From: Eledone cirrhosa
Taxonomy: Eukaryota
DNA: 64,000 nucleotides
Reading direction: 5' to 3'
Assembly (NCBI GenBank): GCA_964016885.1
Contig: OZ024753.1
Span: 36,952,001 to 37,016,000 of the forward strand
In this document: positions 47,451 to 58,648 of the stretch, in pieces
Numbering within the stretch: position 1 is the first letter of the stretch
How the letters are laid out: every line of letters starts with the position of its first letter
Position numbers and translations under genes: made by a program
Notes under the pieces: generated by a model
The model's database searches: none
Told to the model about the DNA's origin: nothing
The model's input: only the letters and a program-made list of their open reading frames with translations

Positions 47451-48869
47451 ATATTTGAGTATTTCACAGATTGTACTGGGTGCATTTTATTGTGGCACCA
47501 GCACTAAGGCAGTTGTCATAACCTCGACTCAACTGAAAATTTCTTTCAAGCCATTTCAATAATTCAGGAATGCCAAGTTAGATTTTGTTACATTCTCCAT
47601 TATTGCTGGCCCTAATTGTAAGAACACCACCTTTACTTGTCCTAGATGCTTAAGATACATAGTTAAGAAGGAAGTTTTTTAAAGTCCTACATCTTTTTAA
47701 AGCCTGAGAAAATATGACTCATTGTTTGAATTAATGACAAGAGAGAAGATGAGAGACAAAATTGGAAATATCTAGATGGAATGTATAAAGGGGTATTGCT
47801 TAAAAGCAATGTTAGCCAAAAAAAAAAAAAGGCACAGAAAGAACTTAGAGTTTCAGGGGAAAAAAAAATAATGGCAATTAAAAAAAAAAAAATTCACCTG
47901 CAAGAGAATTTAAGACTAGGTTTTCTTAAATGTAAAACTGTTCTCTCTAAATTCCTTGATAGCTGCAAAGTTCTAATGCAAAGCAGAAGAAATCATGTTC
48001 TTTTGTAGTTAGAGCAAATATCTTAGTTTATCAGACGAAATAACTTCTTTTCTTGCAACAGCTATCTACCAACAAGATATAATTCACATATTAACTCTTA
48101 ACTCTCATACTTTTTTTATTTCATTACTTCATTACTTATTTCAATCTCAATAGGTGAGGCAGTGTATTTCTTTTCAAAATAATAATCACTATTATTATTA
48201 TATCTGCATATTCTTGTAAAAAAAAATGTTTAGGTTACATCAATGAAAAGAATGTTTAAGTTACAGCAATTGCAATGAAAAGAAACAACTTACATCTTAC
48301 AAAGAAGCTGTGTAAGCTGATTACTTGTATAAATATATACTCTATTTCAGTTAAACTATATGAGACAGCTCACACCTATGCAAGTTTAGCTGGCCTCCTA
48401 CAAGGTTGCATTTCATAGGAAGTTTCTCAGGTGTTTTAATGATAGGGTTTCCAATGCTATCATTAAGGTCACACGCCTTCACAATTCATATATTAACTTC
48501 CAGACCTTAAATGTTATTGCTTATTTCAATACCAATAGATGAATCTGCATATCTTTTCAAAATAATTACTATTACTTTTGCTTATCCTTAATCAGAAAAT
48601 AAAGGAAGTATAATTTACATCATTTTAAACAAAAACGAAATGATAATTTACATAATGTCTAACTTACAAAAGAGGCTTTGTAAGTTAATAATTGCTTGTA
48701 TAAATATACACTCGTTATTTCAGTTAAATTTTGTCAAGAACTTTAAGACAAATAGTTTCAATAAATATTCAGAGAATAAAATCAGTAACAAGTCAGTTTT
48801 TTCTTGTGGACCTTTCAATGAAGTACATTTAAGCTGCAATATAAAATTCATAGAGCTGTACCAATTGTG

Positions 48870-50018
48870 TCACAACACATGAATACTTTCAAAATTGTCT
48901 ACTGTAAATGTAGTTGTTTCCCATTGCAAGCCGTTCCCAGGAGGCTTGTGTCGAGATGGAAATAGAATGTGACGCCAAAAAGTTCTACCTTCAGTTAGGC
49001 CAAAGAATAATTTCCAGTTTTTGACAAAACCAAAATCATAAGGATTCACATAAGTCTGTCCTAATTTTTTAAGTCTTTTCCGTTCATTTTTATTAATGTG
49101 AACCTCAATGCTGGTCTCGGCACGGCTTATGAGACGTGCATGCCACAGAGAGAGAAGGCTAAGGGCTACAACACAACCAGATCCCAGGAAAAACACAAAA
49201 ATTATCGAATGATGATAAATCTGATCTGTAAGGGAGAGTTGGTTGAAAGCTTGGGTGGGAGGAGTTCGTTTCACAGAAGTTCCATTAGAGATAGCTATGT
49301 ATGTGTAACTTTTCTTTTTTGACACCCAGAACTGATAGGCGAGGTTAAGGGGATACAGTGCTCCGTGGAATACCACTTCCTTGCCGACATAGAAGTTATC
49401 GTAAAACAAAGGATAGAAGATAAAACATGCATACAGACAGCCAAACATCATGTAGGCCATATATAAAAAGAAATAACGATGATTGTAGTATCCAACACAG
49501 TTATTGAGCCACGGGCAATGGTGGTCCATTCGTAGAACACACTTCTTACAAACGCTGCAGTGGTGTGCTCTCGGAGGTTTCGGTGAAATACAACGCTTGC
49601 AGATGGATACCACTTCGGGCACAATTTGAGGTGGGTGACCCGGGTTCGTGCGGCACCCCATCACATAATTGAATACAGTGTTAATCAGCAACCAGTTCCC
49701 CAAAATAAAGTTCGGTAGGAACCAGTGCCAGCCATAAGAGAGGTAACGTGGTATCATGATAATATAAAATATGGCAAGACCTATGCTACACAAAACAAAA
49801 ACAACAAACATCAAAATGGGTCCCATGTATTTAGCAAAGTGGTCGACGATCCAGAATACAGGTTCCATGGCTGTTTCCAGAATTAGATTTGGGGAGGTGA
49901 AGGCGTTGTAACAGAAACTGAAATACATCAACTTGATAAGTTCGCATGTGGTGTTTAAAGAGGTTCCTAAGTTGGTTGCCCAGCGGCATATATTGATTCG
50001 CCATCGTAAGATTCTCAT
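48870..50018 (-). CDS. ZDHHC16: DHHC palmitoyltransferase, ZDHHC16-like, single coding exon (382 aa)
   Basis: DHHC-CRD CKRCISPKPPRAHHCSVCKKCVLRMDHHCPWLNNCVGYYNHRYF, hydrophobic segments, and ZDHHC16-typical EPVFWIVD, ETSIEVHINK and NPYDFG...NWKLF...FWRHILFPSRH. Confidence 0.92.
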   Translation of the reverse strand: MRILRWRINICRWATNLGTSLNTTCELIKLMYFSFCYNAFTSPNLILETAMEPVFWIVDHFAKYMGPILMFVVFVLCSIGLAIFYIIMIPRYLSYGWHWFLPNFILGNWLLINTVFNYVMGCRTNPGHPPQIVPEVVSICKRCISPKPPRAHHCSVCKKCVLRMDHHCPWLNNCVGYYNHRYFFLYMAYMMFGCLYACFIFYPLFYDNFYVGKEVVFHGALYPLNLAYQFWVSKKKSYTYIAISNGTSVKRTPPTQAFNQLSLTDQIYHHSIIFVFFLGSGCVVALSLLSLWHARLISRAETSIEVHINKNERKRLKKLGQTYVNPYDFGFVKNWKLFFGLTEGRTFWRHILFPSRHKPPGNGLQWETTTFTVDNFESIHVL

Positions 50019-53000
50019 ATTTGAAAGTTACGTTGACATTTAATATATAATAATACTAATGAAACGTTCATGACTACTCTGACAACCTCTAGTTAGAATC
50101 ATCGCCGTTTGCCATAACTGTTTTATTAAATTATTGCTTTGCTTTACTGTTATTGCTGCTGTTGTTGTTCGCATTATGTTCGTGTTTAAATTTAGTGCAG
50201 ATATTTTCCAATAGCTACTATTTTTTTCATAACTATATATATGTCCGTGTGTGTGTTTCTTTAAAGAAACTTGCAAATATCATTCACTGTATATATAATA
50301 GTCTCAAATTTCCGATATATTCACATCAAAAATAAATATAATAAAAAAAGAAACACCAGGAACTTATAGATAAACAAGCAGCTCAAGTTGCAATAGCAAA
50401 ATATATTTCATAAGAGAATCCTAAGTTCGATTACTTTCACCTTAAACATAAATCTTTCTTTTTCCCTTTTGTTAATAGGCGGTGGTAAGCATCCGAGTTG
50501 CTCGGATATGGATTCAACTGTCTCAACGTCCCTAATACAGAAACCATACTCACACAAAGATCTTAATTTCCAATATATAAATATATATATATATATATAA
50601 AGAATTCTTCGGTGGTTTTTGTTATCCAAATAAATTAATGGAATTGGTAGCAAGGCATCCGAGAGTCTGGAACATTTCTCAATAGAGAACAATTCTGGTT
50701 GCAGCCATTCAGTACAACCTTATCACAGTCCCCTCTACCGGCAACCACTCAAACAAGGCGGGTAACTCTAACAGAAATTCTTACTCTCAAAGTAGCGGTG
50801 TCGTCGTTGTTGTTGTTGCTATTGTTGGAAAAGACTCTCTGCTCCCGTATCAGGAGTTGTACTGTTTAGAATTTCTTCTTTTAGCTAAATCAGAGAGGAG
50901 GGTAGTATATACCATGTAGAGAAAGTAATTTGAAATCAGGTTTAAACAACAACCGAGGCGTAAAATGAAAATAATTTAAGATTACCGGAAGATAATTTTA
51001 AATAGGAGTTAGCGTGAAATCTTTACACCGGTGTATATGAAATTCACAACAACAAACATAGCATTGTTTCTAAATATCAATATTTCTTTAGCATAATAAA
51101 CTTACAAGAAATATTGAATCTTTAATCCTGCAATTGATTAATTAAAATTAATACACTTATAATCAGTGACACAAGAAAGACTATCCAACAAGAAATTGTG
51201 GAAGGGGAGAGAAAGAGAGGAGGATAAACAAACAGAAAACATTAAAGAGTGGACAGGCAAATCGTTAACTGAAATCTATAATCTGGCAAAGCAAACGCGA
51301 CATATGGAGAAGCCTGGAGCACAGTTTGTGATAACTGCGCTCCTATCAAGAACTGAAGGTCTACGATACGAGTCGTAAATTCCTGATCCATGAGAATAGC
51401 ATGAACGCCATGTAATCATAGTTGCTCCCCTCAACTAAACGTAGTCTTTATGCCTATCAACGAAACTATTAAATTCGAATAATAAACTACGATATATCAC
51501 TGCTTTTTACAAGAGCTGCGAAAGATTTATATATTTTTTAATTACTATCAACATTTATCAAGCTTTGTTATGTAAATAAAAACAAAACGAATCCTTGACT
51601 GAAAACTCAAGTAAACTATTGGGTTTATATTTTTAACTGTTTGTCATTGAATTCAATTTTTAATTATATAGCATTTGTAGTTGGTTTGTTTGTGTTTTTC
51701 TAACCAAAAATTGGTACAAAATTCATATTCAGGATCCCGCTTAATAATATAAAAGATGGTATATCTGTGTTTTGATAATAAATAAATGGATATGAATAAG
51801 AGAATAGTAAGTTCTTACCTTTATTCCCGTTGCTATTGATTGACCAAGAATTGATACCAATATATATATATATTTAGTTCTAAATGAAGCAATTGTGATT
51901 TAAAAACAATGCAAGCCCAGTAGAAGAAATAGTGTAAGACTATATGAATGTAAAAGAACGTTAAGGGTAGGTAACTGCTAATAACCCCAGTTAATTGTCC
52001 ATCCATTACATATATTGTTGAAGTTTTAACAATAAACACAACATTGGGCGTTCTTTCTGTTTTTAAGTAGGTAGCAATCGCACTACATAACGAAAATGAA
52101 GAGAGTTCTATACGTAAATTCCGAAAAAAAACTCTTAGACGTTCTTTCGTTTTCAGAAGACAGCAATCGCCGTACATAAAAACGTGCCACAGTTAGGCGT
52201 TCTTTCGTTTTAAGTAAATAGAAATCGTCATATATTCTAGAATGAAAATGAATTGTACCTGATTGATTTGTATAAAGTGAATTCGATTGATTTATTAGTA
52301 AGAGAACTAGCCCAATGGTTTTCAGAGACCCAGGTCATATTCCCTACATGCGATCCCAGATCTCCTCAAACACCGCCCGCTTTATTAAGTTAACACAAAA
52401 TGCATCAATCAGTCACATACTACAAGGGTTGCCGAATTCAATGCACTGGCAGCGTTACCGCTTTTGGGAGAGATTTAGGCGTTGGAACAACCAATCACCC
52501 TCGCGGACATCACTCGATACCTCGATAACGCGAGCCGCCAACGATGACAAGAGTTTCGTTGTCAGCGGCCCAACTCCTCTAAATATGATCTACTAGGTTT
52601 TCACTCTAGCATCATATTAACACGAACAAGCTTTTCAAACTTTATTCGGTGTGTAGTCAAGTGGTTTTCAGAGACCCAAGTCTCCCCACCCAGACAATTT
52701 TGAATTATCATTTAGTGATCTTTCACTCGAGCACCATAATAACTCTTACCTCAAGAAATCGCATTAGCAAGACTATACGACAGCACTACAGCTGACATTA
52801 TAATTTTGAGCCTTGAATTTAGTTTACTGTAAATGTTCACAACGAACTGTTTTCTAGTAAGGATCATTATTATTTTATTATTAAAAGTTTATTTAATAAT
52901 AAAATAATAATGAAATTATTGTGTAAAGTGCTCAGGTGCACTACAACTTTTGATTCACTAAACTTGGTTTTAAATATATATCTTTTTTAAATCCTAGAAT

Positions 53001-53835
53001 TATTTATTCACAATTGTATAAATAACATCACAAATTATTTATAATTCTTACAGAATGAAAATATAATAACATTTTTTTTTAGTATCTGAGAGTTTTATTT
53101 CTGGGATATAATTATATAAAAATGATTGAGCAGTATCTAATAAAAACAACGCACTATTAAACGGAACAAAAAAAAAGGAAATAAAGAGAAAAAAACAATA
53201 TACACTATAATTGGGTATATTGGTATTTCATTAAGATATATACACTGTCCTTTTCCAGTTTAGATATCTCCCTAATTCATCTCCTTGGAGCCAAATGCTT
53301 CCTGTAATACGACATTCTCTTTCTCTCTCCTATTACTCTGTCTTCCTCTCTCTGCAACAATTTACTGGTCAAAGGGAGGTAATTGCTTTTGTTGCCTTTT
53401 CTATTCAAACACCGGTTAAACGAAAAGCCGACTAAAAGCGGTCGTAAAACATATCCTAAATGAAATAACATGACGAAATCAATAATTTAATAATTAACAT
53501 GGATAAAAAAAGATTCCTTCAAATTATTGATAGCAAAATATTGATTTAATTATTTAAAATATACTTGATTTATATTTGATATTACGTTGTATGTTGCTTT
53601 TTGGCATCCATTTGTCTTGTAATTTGGACTATTTACACGTGTGTTTCGCAAATGCGTAGATTCGAAGCTTGCTTTTTGGCTCGTAATTAACTTCTATTTG
53701 GGGATTTTCTTATACGTTTGAATACTTTGACAAGATATATTAATTAAACGAACTGTTTTCCTGATAGTGTTTAAAACATTGTTTTACATACAATAACTTG
53801 ACTAAAAGTTTTCCGAGACGAAATCTAAAGCCATC

Positions 53836-53874
53836 ATGTCCAGTACTGGAACATCAACTCTTTGGATGGGAGAT
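53836..53874 (+). CDS. TRNAU1AP: TRNAU1AP exon 1
   Basis: [13 protein letters not shown]|gtaagt. Confidence 0.9.
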
Positions 53875-56606
53875 GTAAGTAACAGTTTTTTTAATTCATT
53901 TAAATATTCTGTTTGTTGGTTGGGCGGTTTCGGGTGAAAACTAACTTGGGTGTTGATGGAGAAATAAATATTAATTACGAAATGTCTTCGTAATCTTGTA
54001 TTTAACATACTGCTTGTTCTTACCTTAGTAGCGGTCCTGTCCCATTGTTTGCTATTTTGTAAATATATGATATATTAAGTTGTTTTGCAATTTCTTGTTT
54101 AGTTGTATAGAAGAAAATGTGTAACTGGCGGAAAGATATTAATTCATAGTTAATATTATGTTTATTAAAAGTAAATAAATAGAATAAGTAGGCTATATTT
54201 CGCTATAGATAAGAACACCAAACTATTTATTTCTCGAGAAACAAGTTTGTTTATCGTCCAATTCCGACAACCATTATGAGATCAAATCCCGCTGAGGTTA
54301 GCTTTGCCTTTCATCCTTGCGAGGTCGATAAAATAAAGTACCAGTAATACACTGGGGTAATTTCTGGCCTTGTGCCTAAAGTAGAAACAATTATTATTGT
54401 TTTAACCGTTTCTCTTGAGTTTTGAAACAAAGAAAAAAGAATAATATTCGCATAAAATTAATGTTTATAGAGTTGGTTTATGTATTCTATTTTTAGTAAT
54501 TGTTAATCTCTATTTCTATATTTAGCGATTTTTCAAAATATTTCTTTCATTGTTTTGTTCTGTCTGTTAGTTTGTTTAACCCGCGGTCAAACTCCGATAG
54601 AACACAGACAAACATGAGATCAAAGGATGAATATTTGACAATAGATATTGAAATTTAAAAAAAACCCGTCAGATTCACCAGCTTAATTGCCATATATACT
54701 GGTTGGTGTGTGTTTGAGCAGAGCATGCCAAGTGAATTCGGTAAATCTATCGGGATATTTTCATTTTTTTTATTTCGCGACCTATCAATTATAATGCATC
54801 TCGTTTCAGAAAATATCCCCCTGTCGGTCCGATTAACTGTTGTATATATAAAGTACCAGTAATGTACTGTGTTCGATTTAACCAACTTTCCCCTCCACTT
54901 CAAATTGTTGGTTTTGTGCCTAAGCTAGAAATCATTAATAATCTAAAAAACAAACAAACAAATTTATTCATTTATTATATATATATTTTTTTTTTTTATT
55001 TTCTTCTTTTTCTCTAACTGTAGCTGGAACCATATATGGATGAAGTGTTCATCACTCAGGCTTTCAGCTACTTTGGTGAAACAGTTGTCAATGTAAAGAT
55101 CATACGAAATAAACAGACTGGGTAAGTAAACCAAATGTGTTGACACAATTACTAATTTGTCTAAGCACCTGAAGATTAGGTCAAAATTTTGTTCCGTGTA
55201 TGAAAATAAATAAATAATATAATGTGTGTGTGTTTGTGGCTGTGTATATCCGGTTTAGAATAGGTATACTGTATCCCTGTATGTCTTAAGAAATAACTAA
55301 AAAGGTTGATCTGTAAAACATTACCGCCAAAAGTTCTTTCCAGCCCATTCCTCCTCATCCTTTCATATGATTTAGTTGAAAACATTTAAAAAAGGGTTTG
55401 ATAATTCAAATATTTATAGTATCTTTACTAGTGGAAGAATCATTGTGAAAGTAGTGTGTGGTATTTAAGTAATGACAACTATGTTTTAATATGCAATCAT
55501 AGTAGTGTTTTGTGTGGATGTTTTATTGAAGTGGTTTCATGTGATACAAGAATTAACTCTTTCTGTTCATTTCTTTTGCAGTGTGCCAGCTGGTTACTGT
55601 TTTGTTGAACTCTCTTCCCCAGAGATGGCCCACCGAGCTATGTTAAGACTTAACGGCAAGATTGTACCTAATAGCATACCTGTAATTATATCTTAACTTT
55701 CTTTTTACACATTTATAGTGAAAGTGCATGGCCAAGTGGTTAGGTTGATACACATTTGACTATAAAGTAATGGGTTTGATTCCTAGGCCAAGTAGTGTGC
55801 TTTTGAGCAAGACAGTTTCATATTAATTTTCATGAGGGGACTAGGGCTTCTATCATTAAAACAGCTAAGAAAACTCGAGGATGACAGCTAAACTTAAATA
55901 AGCATGAGCTGTAAATTTAATTTTTTTTATTTAATTTATTTTTTTTTTAATTTTCATTTATACATACTATACCTAAGTGAGATGAGTTTCGTTTAAATAA
56001 ATCTTTTGTTGTTTTTGATACTCTTGACTGTTGTTGTCTTGTCTTTTGCAGCCAAAACGTTTTAAATTAAATCGAGCTAGTTATGGAAAAGAACATTTGT
56101 CAACGTAAGTATTTTTGTATTTTTATATATATCTATATGAAGGAAATATGTTTGGAACGTGGTGAGCGAAGTTTAGAATTGAAATATAAATAGAAGCTTT
56201 GCTTTAATATCTTTTACTATAATACAGTCTAATAATGGGACCTATAAAACCACTGAATAGAAGATGGTATCAGGACACATCTTTTTCCATTATTGTTTAT
56301 TCACCTCATTATTAGACTATATTATAGTAAAAAATATTACTGCAAAGTTTCTATTTATATATCAGTATATGTATATATATATATTGCAAGCAGGGAAAAG
56401 CGGACGTAAAATGAATGATGATGATGATATATGTATAGAGTTTGCAGTGTTGAGATCTGAGAGTCTACTAATCATGGGAGAACTCAATGCATGGTGACAT
56501 GCAGAGTAAGTACAGAGATATGTAAAATCCCGACTGCGTTGACAAGCGGTTTCGGCTTGTGAGTCATACAAACTGAAACTGCTTGACGCCACAGTCAGGG
56601 TTTTAC

Positions 56607-56655
<49 letters not shown>

Positions 56656-58615
56656 ATGGAGGCAAATGGCTTAGTGGTTAGAGCATTGGCCTTGCAATCG
56701 AAAGGTTGTGAGTTCAATTCTCAGACCGGGTGATGTGTTGTTTCCTTGAGCAAGATACTTTATTTCACATTGCTCCAGTTTACTCAGCTGTAGAAATGAG
56801 ATGATAGGGACTGGGGTCTCTATCATTCCACTGCAAAGTGGTCGTGGAGGTGCCACGGCAAAAAAGCACCCAGCACTCACTGTAAATGAGGTTGGTGTTA
56901 GGAAGGGCATCCAGCTGTAGAAATCATGCCAGAATCAGTTCCCATCCCACCCTTGCAAGCAGGGAAAAGTGGACGTAAAATGAAATGATGACACATATAT
57001 ATGTATACCTGGCAAGAGGCTTCTTCACAGTTTTGACCAAGTTAGTATCAATAATAGTTAAGATGCTTGTTGTAGCCTCATTCCATGGTTCTTAACGTGT
57101 TTCTCTTCCATTTCACAGTCCTGAATACTCCTTATTTGTTGGAGACCTCTCTGATGATGTCGATGACTATGAACTCTACAGTGCTTTCTCTAAATGTTTC
57201 CGCTCCTGCAGTGCTGCAAAAGGTAAGAATTCATAGACCTTCCTTCCTCATTTATCACATACAACTTCCACTTCCAATATATATTACGCAGTAATACAGA
57301 AAACCCGTCTTGCCTAAGTACAAAGCGAAACTTACAGTCAGTAGGCACCTCTTAATCAAATATGCACCCCCTTCCCACTACCCCATCAACACCATCCCTT
57401 TCTCTGTAAGGTTATGTTGGTACCACAACATCGAGTCCTAAATAAATAAGGTTGTGTAGGTGTCACGACAAAAAAACACACAGTCCACGCTGTAATGTGG
57501 CCGTGTAGGTAACACGGTAAAAACCTCCCAGTTCACACTGTAAACGTGGTGGGTGTTAGGAAGGGCATCCAGCCATAGAAAACCCGCCAGACACTCCCAT
57601 ATGAACAAGACAACCATTCTTGCCTCAAGTGGGAAAATTCCCGTCTAAACCCATGCTAGCGTGGAAGATAGACGTTAAACGATGATGATGATGATGATAT
57701 GCCTATTTTCCATGCTAGCATGGAGAATGGATGTTGAACAGTAATGATGATGATATACCGCGAACTAGCTGCAATCGATTGTTTGTCAGAGATTTCCCCG
57801 TTAGAAAATTTATTCTTAAAGCTTGCTAGATTTGATTATGTATATGGTTAATTATGCTAATTAGAAGAAGAAATAGTATATATTTTAATATCTGATTGAT
57901 TCTATAGACATGATTTATGATATAATGCTCTGATTTTTTGATTTTAATTTATTAATTCTTCATTGAGCTTAAAAGTGAACAGTTGCAACACATATATATA
58001 TCTTTGATTTAATTTAATTTAATTTTATGTATGTGATAACCTCTATATTTAATAATCTCCCTATTGGTTGAGATTAAATTTGGCAATATATGGCTACGCT
58101 TTCTAGCAGTAAGCCTACCCGCCGTAAGCAACCAATCACACGCTTTCTCTCTGGCTGGTACACAGCTACATAGCGATCTTAGCCATTTTTGAATCTAAAT
58201 TTGGCTTGGTCGGTTTGAGAAATTAAATGTCTGATTCTGAGTTTGTCTCCTGATGATTCCTAACTCAAGGCAAATCCATATTATTTGGATGTCCTAAATA
58301 AGGAAGAAACCATGGTAGAGATATAATTACGGTATGTGCGCATTTCTTCTAAGTTTAATTTTACTACTAATTACGTGCGGTTGACGATATATTTGATCGG
58401 ATTCTGCATGCTGCCGAAGTATTTGATAAATAGTGGAACGGAGTTATCGCGAACTAGCTGCGATCGATTGTTTGTCGGAGATTTCCCCGTTAGAAAATTT
58501 ATTCTTAAAGCTTGCTAGATTTGATTATGTATATGGTTAATTATGCTAATTAGAAGAAGAAATAGTATATATTTTAATATCTGATTGATTCTATAGACAT
58601 GATTTATGATATATG

Positions 58616-58648
<33 letters not shown>

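Noticed and set aside
52864-52913. 22-bp-arm AT-rich palindrome
   Set aside because: Low complexity; one arm is the (ATT)n tail of a CR1 fragment.
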